From Clostridia bacterium (GTDB lineage Bacteria > Bacillota > Clostridia > TANB77 > CAG-465): DNA of 64,000 bases. Below are positions 35,386 to 45,137 of this stretch, one piece after another; within the stretch, counting starts at the first letter, position 1, and each line of letters opens with the position of its first letter. The stretch covers positions 79,790-143,789 of the forward strand of contig JAFWCU010000035.1 in assembly GCA_017534305.1 (NCBI GenBank), written 5' to 3'. Below the pieces are notes generated by a model. That model saw only the letters and a program-made list of their open reading frames with translations. It was not told the origin of the DNA and ran no database searches. The position numbers and the translations under genes were made by a program.

Positions 35386-35886
35386 ATGGAAAAGAGATGG
35401 ATTTGCTTATTTGTAGAAAACGAAATAGGCGTGCTTGCAAGAATATCTGGACTATTTTCATCTAAATCGTATAACATTGAATCACTAACTGTAGGAACAA
35501 CAGAAGATCCTACAATTTCAAGAATGACTATTTCAATGATTTCAGATGATAAAACTTTTGAACAAATAAAGAAACAATTAAATAGGAGTGTAGAAGTAAT
35601 AAAAGTTGTAGACTATACTACAGTTCAAACACATATGAAAGAAATACTATATATAAAGGTTTATTCTCTAACAGATAAAGATAAAACAGAAATATTTAGA
35701 CTAGCACAAGTATATAATTTAAAAATATTAGATTATAACAAGAATTCAGTAATAATTGAATGGACAGAAATTGAATCTAAAATAGATGAAATGATAGAAA
35801 TGTTTAAATCAACATTTTTAAATAGAGTAGAAGTCGTTCGTGGTGGAAGTGTAGCAATAGAAGCAATAGGAATATCAAACAGATAA
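35386..35886 (+). CDS. ilvN: Acetolactate synthase small (regulatory, ACT-domain) subunit
   Basis: Starts 2 nt after ilvB. LFVENEIGVLARISGLFSSKSYNIESLTVG is the ACT-domain signature of IlvH/IlvN. Confidence 0.85.
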   Translation: MEKRWICLFVENEIGVLARISGLFSSKSYNIESLTVGTTEDPTISRMTISMISDDKTFEQIKKQLNRSVEVIKVVDYTTVQTHMKEILYIKVYSLTDKDKTEIFRLAQVYNLKILDYNKNSVIIEWTEIESKIDEMIEMFKSTFLNRVEVVRGGSVAIEAIGISNR

Positions 35887-35889
35887 AAG

Positions 35890-35918
35890 TTGACATAAAC
35901 ATAAATAAATGGTATAAT
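35890..35918 (+). promoter_or_regulatory. Consensus SigA promoter
   Basis: TTGACA, 17-nt spacer, TATAAT with TG at -15/-14. Confidence 0.6.
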
Positions 35919-35988
35919 TATAATGTAGTTTATTTAATATTAGTGCCAATCGAACTACACTTGGCAAATAATCTTCAATGGAGGTAAT

Positions 35989-36336
35989 ATGAAGGTTAAC
36001 GTACAAATTTTAATTCCAACTTACAGCATCTTTGATGAGATGAGTGCGGTAAACACAGAAGCTGTTTTAAAAGACGGTTGTTTATACATCTCTCCAACTG
36101 ATGCAGCATGCAAGTTCTCAGAAGAAGAACTTAGGGAAAGACTAGATGAGGAAGACTCTCTAGACTTAATTGAGGAATATGAATACGAATTCATTCCTGC
36201 ACTAAAAATCCCAGTAGATGACTTGCGAGTAAGCAAAGTGGGAATCCACGGTAAACCATTTTATCAATTCATTTTAGACGATGAAATGAAAGCAGAGTAT
36301 CGTATGGATGATCCACAGGAAGATATTTGTTGCTAA
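35989..36336 (+). CDS. Acidic hypothetical protein (115 aa)
   Basis: RBS GGAGG. No recognisable domain. Spot G+C counts (33-40%) are higher than the neighbours. Confidence 0.5.
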   Translation: MKVNVQILIPTYSIFDEMSAVNTEAVLKDGCLYISPTDAACKFSEEELRERLDEEDSLDLIEEYEYEFIPALKIPVDDLRVSKVGIHGKPFYQFILDDEMKAEYRMDDPQEDICC

Positions 36337-36411
36337 GACGGCAACCTACCAAATAGGTAGGCAATATACACACAAAGAGACCCTGGAACGTTGGGGGTCT
36401 CTTTTTTTTGT

Positions 36412-37023
36412 CTAATTTTCGTTTCTTAGCATTAAGCGTATTGTAGAATATAGATATGGTTTATATTCTTCAATGCTTAATGGCTTTTTATATGTAATAG
36501 CATTAAATGCTGTAGCACTAACTAGTTCTATTATCATAAATAATGTAACATCTGGATTTTTAATTTTTATATTATTCTTTTTTATTCCATCAAGAAACAT
36601 TTCTCTAAGTTCATTAAAAGCATCTTTATCTGGTTCATTTTTATCATAAATCTTAACTAATGTTTCGTGATAAACTCCCCAAGATAAATTCTTAGAAATA
36701 AATGCAAGTAAAAGTTGGTTTTTAGTTAGTTCGTCTATTACATAGTTTATTATATAAATTATTTGATCTTCAAAATTTTCAATATAGTTTTTCTTAAGAG
36801 ATTTTATTGCATCAGTAAATAGTTTCTTAGATTTTCTAGCTACAAGAACATCTCGTAATTCATATTTATCCTTAAAATATAAATAAAAAGTACCTTTAGC
36901 CATTTTAGCTTGGTCTACTATATTTTGTATAGAAGTGTTAACTATACCATTTTCTGTAAATAATTTAAAACCAGAATCTAATAATCTTTTTTGTTTATCT
37001 GTCTTTAAATCCTCATTTGTCAT
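36412..37023 (-). CDS. TetR/AcrR-family transcriptional regulator
   Basis: N-terminal KQKRLLDSGFKLFTENGIVNTSIQNIVDQAKMAKGTFYLYFKDK is the TetR HTH signature. Divergent from the MMPL gene. Confidence 0.85.
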   Translation of the reverse strand: MTNEDLKTDKQKRLLDSGFKLFTENGIVNTSIQNIVDQAKMAKGTFYLYFKDKYELRDVLVARKSKKLFTDAIKSLKKNYIENFEDQIIYIINYVIDELTKNQLLLAFISKNLSWGVYHETLVKIYDKNEPDKDAFNELREMFLDGIKKNNIKIKNPDVTLFMIIELVSATAFNAITYKKPLSIEEYKPYLYSTIRLMLRNEN

Positions 37024-37106
37024 GTTAAAATCTCACCTCACATAATTTTAATATAACACAAAAATACATGTGTTTCAATATTTTTTATAAAATTCAATGC
37101 AAAATA

Positions 37107-37168
37107 TTGACTATTGGTCATAATAGTACTATAATTGTTAATGATCGAATAAAATGACTAATAGTCAT
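37107..37168 (+). promoter_or_regulatory. MMPL operon promoter with two TetR-type palindromic operators
   Basis: TTGACT-17-TATAAT (37107-37135). Imperfect palindrome TGACTAtTGGTCA (37108-37120) within the promoter, and perfect palindrome ATGACTA-a-TAGTCAT (37154-37168) just downstream. Confidence 0.55.
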
Positions 37169-37267
37169 AATTTTAAAATGAGTTTTTTGTATATTTTTGA
37201 CAAAAAATGTTTAAAGTATTAATCTTTTGAGTTAAAAGATTATACTAAAAAAGAAAGGAGAATAAAT

Positions 37268-39337
37268 ATGCTTAAATTTGGGGAGTTTATAACTAAGCAT
37301 AAAAAGATTATAGTAATTCTAGCATTCTTGCTTTTAATACCAGCAATTATGGGCTTTTTAGCAACAAGAGTTAATTATGATATTTTAGTTTATCTACCTT
37401 CAGACATTGAAACAATACAAGGAGAAAACATACTATCTGAAGATTTTAACATGGGCGGATTTAGTGTAGTACTAGTAGATGGTATGAAACCAAAACAACT
37501 AGCAAAATTAGAAAAAGATATTGAAGGAGTAGGAAATGTAGAAAAGGTCCTTGGAATATCAGATGTATTTGGAGAGTCCTACCCTACAGAAATGATTCCA
37601 GATGATATTAAAGAGGCAGTATATAAAGGAGATACTACTGCAATTCTAGTTACATACAAAGATAAAATTTCAGATGACGAAACAACCAAAACAGTAAGAG
37701 AGCTAAGAAAAATAGTTGGAAAAGATTGTAAAATATCTGGTATGACAGCAACTATGATTGATACAGAAGACTTATCTAAATCTGAAGTAGCAATATATGT
37801 AATTATAGCTGTAGTACTTGTAACTATTGTACTTCAACTTTCTCTCGATTCATTTGCAGCACCAATATTTATGTTGTTAAACATAGGAATGTGTGTTGTA
37901 TATAATATGGGGACAAATGTATTACAAGGACAAATTTCATACATAACACAATCTATTAGTGCTGTACTTCAACTTGGTGTTACCATGGATTTTTCCATTT
38001 TCCTATACCATAGTTTCCTACACCAAAAAGAAACAGGAAAAAGTTCAGATGAAGCAATGACTCATGCAATTGCAGAAACATTTACATCTGTTGCAGGGTC
38101 ATCTTTAACTACAATAGCAGGCTTCCTAGCACTATGCTCAATGAACCTAACACTTGGTAGAGATATAGGAATAGTAATGGCAAAAGGCGTACTTTTAGGA
38201 GTAATTGGAGTAGTAACAATACTACCCGCATTTATTCTATGTTTTGAAAAAATAATAGAAAAAACAAAACACAAAAATGTTTTTCCTAAGTTTGAAAAAC
38301 TTAAAAACTTTAGCATTAAAAACTATAAGCTAACATTAATGGCATTTATACTAATATTACCTATTGCATACTACGGATATAAAAATACAGGTATATATTA
38401 TAACTTAGATAAATCATTACCAGAAACACTTGAAAGTGTACAGGCAAATAATGAGCTAGCAGAAAAATTTAATATGACAAGTATGGAAATGCTATTAATA
38501 GACAAAGACATATCAGATGCAAAACTTAATGATATGCTAGAAAAAATAGATGAAATAGATGGTATAGCTTGGACATTAAGCTATTCTAAAATTACCAAAG
38601 GGACAATACCTTTAGAGATGATGCCAGATAAAATAAAAGATATGCTAGTATCAGATAAATACCAATTAGTATTAATCAACTCAGAATATGAGATGGCAAC
38701 AGATGAGTTAAATGAACAAATTGAAAAAGTAAACGAAATAGTAAAAGCTACAGATAAAAACGCAATACTTGCAGGAGAAGGCCCACTAATGAAAGACCTT
38801 GTAGAAGTAGCAGATCATGACTTCAAAAGTGTAAATATAGTATCAATAGTAATTATTTTAATTCTAATGATATTTGTATTAAAATCTGGTTCATTACCAA
38901 TAATACTTACTATAGTAATTGAATTTGCAATATTCATTAATATGGGAATACCATACTATACTCATACAACTTTACCATTTGTTGCATCTATCGTTATTGG
39001 TACAATACAACTTGGAGCAACAATAGACTATGCAATATTAATTACTACTAAGTATAAGGAAAACCGATTAAACGGAATGAATAAAAAAGATTCAATAGAT
39101 AAAGCACTAAGTTCATCTATACAGTCAATTATAGTAAGTGGACTATCTTTCTTTGCTGCAACAATAGGTGTAGCAATATATTCTAAGATAGAATTAATAG
39201 GTTCACTATGCACTTTAATGGCAAGGGGGGCTATAATATCCATGATTGTAGTAATCACTGTACTGCCAGCATTTCTTATGGTATTAGATAAACTTGTACT
39301 AAAAACAACAATGAAAATGAAAGATATAAAAAACTAG
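37268..39337 (+). CDS. MMPL/RND-superfamily membrane transporter
   Basis: 689 aa with two blocks of ~5-6 TM helices, each following a large extracytoplasmic loop. This is the typical MMPL layout, and the gene is TetR-adjacent. Confidence 0.7.
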   Translation: MLKFGEFITKHKKIIVILAFLLLIPAIMGFLATRVNYDILVYLPSDIETIQGENILSEDFNMGGFSVVLVDGMKPKQLAKLEKDIEGVGNVEKVLGISDVFGESYPTEMIPDDIKEAVYKGDTTAILVTYKDKISDDETTKTVRELRKIVGKDCKISGMTATMIDTEDLSKSEVAIYVIIAVVLVTIVLQLSLDSFAAPIFMLLNIGMCVVYNMGTNVLQGQISYITQSISAVLQLGVTMDFSIFLYHSFLHQKETGKSSDEAMTHAIAETFTSVAGSSLTTIAGFLALCSMNLTLGRDIGIVMAKGVLLGVIGVVTILPAFILCFEKIIEKTKHKNVFPKFEKLKNFSIKNYKLTLMAFILILPIAYYGYKNTGIYYNLDKSLPETLESVQANNELAEKFNMTSMEMLLIDKDISDAKLNDMLEKIDEIDGIAWTLSYSKITKGTIPLEMMPDKIKDMLVSDKYQLVLINSEYEMATDELNEQIEKVNEIVKATDKNAILAGEGPLMKDLVEVADHDFKSVNIVSIVIILILMIFVLKSGSLPIILTIVIEFAIFINMGIPYYTHTTLPFVASIVIGTIQLGATIDYAILITTKYKENRLNGMNKKDSIDKALSSSIQSIIVSGLSFFAATIGVAIYSKIELIGSLCTLMARGAIISMIVVITVLPAFLMVLDKLVLKTTMKMKDIKN

Positions 39338-39358
39338 AAAGGTTTAAAGGTGAAATAA

Positions 39359-41230
39359 ATGAAAAACTTAATAAAAAAAATCACTGCAACTACATTAGTA
39401 ATTGGTCAAATAATTCTTGCAAATTCAAATATTTTAGCTATAACTAAGGAAGAAACAGTTTATTCAAAATTAGACACTACTGGAAATAGTTACCAAACTG
39501 TTGTAAATGATCATATTAAAAATACAGAATATTTAGAGGAAATAAAAGATTTAAGTGATTTACTAGAGATTGAAAATTTAAGTGAAGATAACACATATAC
39601 ACAAAATGGGAATGTTATCGTTTGGAATGCTAAAGGTAAAGACATATACTACAATGGTAAATCTGAAAAAGAGTTACCAATAGAGGTTAAGATGACTTAT
39701 ACTCTTGATGGAAAAGAAATTTCTCCAGAAGAGTTAAGTGGAAAAAGTGGAAAACTTAATATTAAAATAGAATATACAAATAAGGCAAAACACTATGTAG
39801 AAATAGACGGACAATATGTAGAAATGTATACTCCTTTTGTTATATTTGCTGGTACATATTTTAAAAATGAAACTGTACAAAATGTAAAAGTAACAACAGG
39901 TAAAGCAGTAGATGATGGTTCTAAAACTATAGTAATTGGTATGGCTCTACCTGGACTTCAAACAAGTCTTGGATTGGATAAAGATACTTTTGAAATTCCA
40001 GAGGATATTGAAATAGAAATGGATGTAACAAATTATGAACAATCTAGTATTATAACATTTGTAACACCTAAGATAATAGATAAAGAAGATTTCAATATAC
40101 TAGACGAGTTAGATACACTTTATTCAAGTGTAGATACATTACAATCTTCTATGGACCAAATAGAAGAAGGTGCAAATGCTTTAAGTGAAGGTACAGCACT
40201 ATATAGTGAGAACTATAACACATTCAATAGTGCAATTGGAATGTTAAATGATGGAACAACTACACTTAAAGAAAACTATGAAATGTTTAATAATGGAGTA
40301 CAAACTGCAAATGAAGGTGCAAAACAATTAAATGAGGGAATGCAACAATTAAATACAGCAGCAGAAAGTATTAAAGACGTTGTATATACTGTTATAGATT
40401 GGCTACAAACAGCTATGAATACTTTAGTAACACCACTTAAATCATTACAACAAACTATAATTGAAGATATAGATGCAGTAATTGCTATGGTAGATAACAT
40501 TAGTAATCCAAGCCAAGAAAATATTGAATATATAAATGGGTTAAATTACCAAGCTATACAAGATTTATATACAGAAAATGCAAATCTTGAAGCTTTAAAA
40601 GAAGGAGCAGACGAAGAAACAGTTGCTCTTTTTGACGAGCAAATTGCAACAAACAATAACGTAATTGCAATACTAGAACAAAATAATGCTCAAACTTTAT
40701 ACCAAAATATTGACCCAGAACAAATAGCTTCTGTTAGAGAAAAACTTGTTGAAATTAGAGGTAAAGTTGAAAGCTCAGAACTTACAGTAGAAGAATTAGA
40801 AGAAAAAGTACAAAACATTATTAATGAAGTATATGCAGCTTTTGATGGAATTAATGCATTGGCACAAGGAACTGAACAACTAGCACAAGGAACTGAACAA
40901 CTTGCAACTGCATCTTCTCAAATAAATGATGGAATTATTACTTTAAATGAATCTACACAACAGTTAGCACAAGCAAGTACACAATTAAATGATGCTTCTG
41001 TACAAATTAGTGATGGTGCAAAGCAATTATATGATGGAATTGCAATGTTCAATAACGAAGGAATAAGAGTACTAACATCTAAAGTAAATAATGATGTAAG
41101 AGGAATAAGCGTAAGATTAGATAAATTAATGGAACTATCTAAAGAATATAATAATTTTTCAAATATAGATAGCTCAAGCAAAGGAGACCTAAGATTCATT
41201 ATGATCTCTGATGCAATAAAACTTAAATAG
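39359..41230 (+). CDS. Secreted or anchored protein with YhgE/Pip-like LxxG heptad-type repeats
   Basis: N-terminal signal or anchor. The central region has recurring ..L..G...L motifs (ALSEGTALYSEN, LNDGTTTLKEN, FNNGVQTANEGAKQLNEGMQQL, LAQGTEQLAQGTEQLA, INDGIITLNES, ISDGAKQLYDG). Confidence 0.5.
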   Translation: MKNLIKKITATTLVIGQIILANSNILAITKEETVYSKLDTTGNSYQTVVNDHIKNTEYLEEIKDLSDLLEIENLSEDNTYTQNGNVIVWNAKGKDIYYNGKSEKELPIEVKMTYTLDGKEISPEELSGKSGKLNIKIEYTNKAKHYVEIDGQYVEMYTPFVIFAGTYFKNETVQNVKVTTGKAVDDGSKTIVIGMALPGLQTSLGLDKDTFEIPEDIEIEMDVTNYEQSSIITFVTPKIIDKEDFNILDELDTLYSSVDTLQSSMDQIEEGANALSEGTALYSENYNTFNSAIGMLNDGTTTLKENYEMFNNGVQTANEGAKQLNEGMQQLNTAAESIKDVVYTVIDWLQTAMNTLVTPLKSLQQTIIEDIDAVIAMVDNISNPSQENIEYINGLNYQAIQDLYTENANLEALKEGADEETVALFDEQIATNNNVIAILEQNNAQTLYQNIDPEQIASVREKLVEIRGKVESSELTVEELEEKVQNIINEVYAAFDGINALAQGTEQLAQGTEQLATASSQINDGIITLNESTQQLAQASTQLNDASVQISDGAKQLYDGIAMFNNEGIRVLTSKVNNDVRGISVRLDKLMELSKEYNNFSNIDSSSKGDLRFIMISDAIKLK

Positions 41231-41474
41231 TATGCAAAGTTCTATGCATAAATATAACCTAAATATCCTAGAGTAAAATCTAGGATATTTTTTTTCCTAA
41301 GATTCTTTTTTTGCAAATTATTTGCATATAAACACTTGCTTTTTATGTAAATTATGGTATAATATTTCACGTAATTTTAAATCAACGGGTTTAACACTAA
41401 TTAGTGTTGAAGATGCCACTTCACTATTTAGTACATCTATGTGTATTAAGTTTAATTTTAATTAAAATGGAGGT

Positions 41475-42956
41475 ATGGAAAAAATGAAACTTAAAAAGTT
41501 TAAGTATTACAAGTATTGCATCGTGTTCATTGCATTATTTTTGTTTATTCCAGCAAAGGTGTATGCTGTAAGCATACCACAACCAACACAGGAGTTCTAT
41601 GTAAATGATTTTGCAGATGTCCTAACAGAAGAAGAAGAAAAACAAATGTTAGAAAAAGCTGTAAATCTTGCATCAGAAGAACTAGGCATTCAAGTTGTAG
41701 TAACAACTATAAAAAGCTTAGAAGGTGAAAGTATAGAAAACTATGCTCATGACATGTATAACCAATATGGTATTGGTAAAGATGATATGGGAGTATTAAT
41801 TCTTCTTTCAACCGGAGACAGAGATACAAGAATTGAACTAGGAAATGCTATGGAGGCATACATAACAGATTCTAAAGCAGGAAGACTATTAGACAAGCAC
41901 GCAATTCCACATTTTAAAGAAAATAAGTTTAATAGCGGACTGCTAGAAGTTCAATCAGCTGTTATAGATGAAGCTTCAACAATTAAGACTCAAATGGTTG
42001 AAAGAGCAGAGCGTGAAGCAAGACAAAAAGAAGCTATGGAAAAGATAGGCAACTTCTTTTTAGGACTATTAAAAGTCATTGGCTGGATTCTTCTATTTGG
42101 TACGCCTATAGGTATTATTTTATGGTTAATAAATAAGGCTATAGAAAAGTATCAAGCAAAAGAAGATGAGTTAAAAAGCTTAAGAGAGTATAAGCAGGCA
42201 AGTGAAAACAAAATTCAAAATGCCAAAAACAGAGCCGATCTTGTAGAAAGAGAAGCAGAGCGTGAATGTTCACAAATGGAATCATCATTAAAAGATTTAC
42301 AAGAAAGATATGATGAGATTGAAGAAAGACTAAATGATGCAAGAGAGTTATATCCTTCACTAGATGACGATATAGATAAGTCTCACGCACAAACTTTTAA
42401 CAAAGAGCTAATTCCATATGTGAATAAAAAACCAGCTTCTAGTTTAATACCTATTCTTGCTGGAATCCTTGCTACATATAAAGGCTTAACTTCAAATGAG
42501 AAAAGATTTGTATCAGATGATATTGAAAAAATAAAAGATACCTATCAAAAAAGTCTAGATATAAAGCAAGAAGAGGAAAGAAAAGAAAAAAATAGTACAT
42601 TACTTGCTACACTTCTAGGAATAGTTGGAGCAATTTCAATAGGAAATAGTTCAAACCTATCTAGAATTAAAGAGGCAATGAGCATGTACAATAGTTTAGA
42701 TCCAGATTACAAGTCTGAGTTTGGTTCAAGCAAGCTTGCATTACTTAAAAAGCTATTAAATCAGGCAGAAGATGATGACGAAAGAGAAAGACGTAGACGT
42801 CAAGAAGAGGAAGAAAGACGAAGACGTGAGGAAGAAGAGGAAGAAGAAAGGCGCAGAAGACAACGTATGAATTCTTTTAGTAGTTCTTCTAGCTCAAGTA
42901 GTTTTCATGGATTTGGCGGACATTCGTCCGGAGGAGGTGCATCAAGACATTTCTAG
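41475..42956 (+). CDS. TPM-domain protein (long form, with a coiled-coil and E/R-rich extension)
   Basis: YVNDFADVLTEEEEKQM...VVTTIKSLEG...GIGKDDMGVLILLSTGDRDTRIELG is the TPM (TLP18.3/Psb32/MOLO-1) signature. TM segment at ~aa 195-220. Alternative start at 41484. Confidence 0.75.
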   Translation: MEKMKLKKFKYYKYCIVFIALFLFIPAKVYAVSIPQPTQEFYVNDFADVLTEEEEKQMLEKAVNLASEELGIQVVVTTIKSLEGESIENYAHDMYNQYGIGKDDMGVLILLSTGDRDTRIELGNAMEAYITDSKAGRLLDKHAIPHFKENKFNSGLLEVQSAVIDEASTIKTQMVERAEREARQKEAMEKIGNFFLGLLKVIGWILLFGTPIGIILWLINKAIEKYQAKEDELKSLREYKQASENKIQNAKNRADLVEREAERECSQMESSLKDLQERYDEIEERLNDARELYPSLDDDIDKSHAQTFNKELIPYVNKKPASSLIPILAGILATYKGLTSNEKRFVSDDIEKIKDTYQKSLDIKQEEERKEKNSTLLATLLGIVGAISIGNSSNLSRIKEAMSMYNSLDPDYKSEFGSSKLALLKKLLNQAEDDDERERRRRQEEEERRRREEEEEEERRRRQRMNSFSSSSSSSSFHGFGGHSSGGGASRHF

Positions 42957-43044
42957 GTTATTATAGTGAGTTTCATTTTTTCATTCATCGAAAGGGTGCT
43001 CACTATTCATTAATTAAATTTTTAAATTATTAAGGAGGAAAATT

Positions 43045-43638
43045 ATGAAAAGTAGTGGTTTAAAAATTTTCGGTGGAATACTAGCAGTGATTGTGGGTAT
43101 TGCATTAATATGCATATTTTATAGCATAAGTACAAAAAATAGTTTTATCTCAATGAGAGAGGATATCAATCAAGGGCAAGCAAACGTTGAAGTAGCGCTT
43201 CAAAGACGTGCAGATTTAATTCCAAACTTGGTTGCAACAGTAAAAGGTTATGCAACTCATGAGGAGAAAGTTTTCACAGAAATCGCAGAAGCTAGAAGTA
43301 AACTTGCAGGAAGCATTAATTCTGGAGATATTAATAAGATATCTCAAGCAAATGATGAATTGTCAGCTGCATTAAGTAGACTTTTAGTAGTAAAGGAAGC
43401 ATATCCTGAACTTAAAGCAAATGAAAACTTTACCGCTCTTATGGATGAGCTTGCAGGAACAGAAAATAGAATTGCAATAGCAAGAAGAGACTACAACGAC
43501 ATAGTAAGAAAATACAATGCTAAGATTCAAAGATTTCCAGCATCTATAATTGCAAATAGCAATGGATTTGAAAAAGTGGATTATTTCACTTCACAAGAAG
43601 GAGCAAATATTGCACCGACAGTAGATATTGGACAATAA
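43045..43638 (+). CDS. lemA: LemA-family protein
   Basis: N-terminal TM helix, then ALQRRADLIPNLVATVKGYATHEEKVFTEIAEAR and AYPELKANENF, the classic LemA blocks. Confidence 0.85.
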   Translation: MKSSGLKIFGGILAVIVGIALICIFYSISTKNSFISMREDINQGQANVEVALQRRADLIPNLVATVKGYATHEEKVFTEIAEARSKLAGSINSGDINKISQANDELSAALSRLLVVKEAYPELKANENFTALMDELAGTENRIAIARRDYNDIVRKYNAKIQRFPASIIANSNGFEKVDYFTSQEGANIAPTVDIGQ

Positions 43639-43665
43639 TAAATCTATATAAAAAGGAGAGAGATA

Positions 43666-44400
43666 ATGAAAAGATATATTTCTAAAATAACGCATTATCT
43701 TGTTATTCTTTTAGTTCTTGGATTTGTATTAATTCCAACTTGCGTTTTTGCTAAAGCAAAAATTCCAACTCAAACAACTGAGTTTTACGTCAATGACTTT
43801 GCAGACGTCTTAACAGAAGCACAAGAAAAAGAACTTGTAGATAAAGCCAAAAGCTATGCAGATAGTAACAATGGCATACAAGTTGTAATAACTACTGTTA
43901 AATCTTTAGATGGAGAAACTTTAGAGTACTATGCCCATGACATGTATAATCAATATGGTATTGGTAAAGATGATATGGGTGTACTCATTCTCTTAGTAAC
44001 TGGAGATAGAGATGTTCGCATGGAAATTGGAACGGCAATGGAAGCATACATCAACGACGCAAAAGCTGGAAGGATGATAGATAAGTTTGCAATCGAGCAC
44101 TTCAAGAACAATGAATTTGACCAAGGCTTAATTGAACTACAAGACGGAACTTTTAAAGAGATTACTGCCATGATAAATGGGCAAGAGTCAACAGTTCCAG
44201 AAGAAGAGATTAACTGGACAACATGGATATGGATAATATTATTTATAATCATCATTATTTTTGATGTTACCAATGGTTTTGGAACAGGATTATATATTAG
44301 TCCATTTATTCTTGGAAGTTCAAGTGGTTCAGGAAAGTCTGGCGGTTCATCTGGATTTGGAGGTCATTCATCTGGTGGTGGAGCATCAAGACATTTTTAG
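43666..44400 (+). CDS. TPM-domain protein (short form)
   Basis: YVNDFADVLTEAQEKEL...VITTVKSLDG...GIGKDDMGVLILLVTGDRDVRMEIG. TM segment, then a Gly/Ser tail ending GFGGHSSGGGASRHF. Confidence 0.8.
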   Translation: MKRYISKITHYLVILLVLGFVLIPTCVFAKAKIPTQTTEFYVNDFADVLTEAQEKELVDKAKSYADSNNGIQVVITTVKSLDGETLEYYAHDMYNQYGIGKDDMGVLILLVTGDRDVRMEIGTAMEAYINDAKAGRMIDKFAIEHFKNNEFDQGLIELQDGTFKEITAMINGQESTVPEEEINWTTWIWIILFIIIIIFDVTNGFGTGLYISPFILGSSSGSGKSGGSSGFGGHSSGGGASRHF

Positions 44401-44440
44401 AATGTCTAAAAAATAATTAATAATGAAGGAGATTAAAATT

Positions 44441-45031
44441 ATGAATAAAAGATTGAGCCTTTTTGGCGTAATAATTGTAATTGTTTTAGGTGTTGCATTA
44501 ATGATTGGTGGATATTTTATATCTACAGGAAATAGTTTAGTAAACAAATACGAGGAAGTAAATCTACAAAAGAGTCAAATTGAAGTATCACTTCAAAAAC
44601 GTGCAGATTTAATTCCAAATTTAGTTTCAACTGTAAAAGGATATGCTAAACATGAAGAGAAAGTCTTTACAGAAATTGCAGAAGCAAGAAGTAAACTTGC
44701 AGGAAGCGTAAAAAGTGGAGACGTTAATGAGATGTCTGAAGCAAATAGTAACTTAAGTTCAGCATTAAGCAGACTTTTAGTTATTGCAGAAGCCTATCCG
44801 GAGTTAAAAGCAGATACACAATTTATTCAATTACAATCACAATTAACAAGTTGTGAAACAGAAATTGCCAATGCTCGTACAAAATACAATGATTCGGTAA
44901 GAACATTTAATTCTATGATTAAACGTTTCCCAACATCTATTGTAGCAAATAGCAAAGGTTATACTGAGTTTGATTATTTCAAAGCAGACGAAGGTTCTCA
45001 AAAGGTTCCTACAGTTAACTTTGAAGACTAA
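44441..45031 (+). CDS. lemA: LemA-family protein (paralogue)
   Basis: ORF track 44423. I prefer the ATG at 44441 (AAGGAG 9 nt upstream). SLQKRADLIPNLVSTVKGYAKHEEKVFTEIAEAR. Confidence 0.85.
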   Translation: MNKRLSLFGVIIVIVLGVALMIGGYFISTGNSLVNKYEEVNLQKSQIEVSLQKRADLIPNLVSTVKGYAKHEEKVFTEIAEARSKLAGSVKSGDVNEMSEANSNLSSALSRLLVIAEAYPELKADTQFIQLQSQLTSCETEIANARTKYNDSVRTFNSMIKRFPTSIVANSKGYTEFDYFKADEGSQKVPTVNFED

Positions 45032-45137
45032 CTCATCAAGCAGTAAGAGTAATATCTTACTGCTTTTTTTATCTACAATATTGTCAAAAGTATAAAAAAA
45101 GAGTAAAATAGAATATAGGAACTTTGAAAGGAAAATT

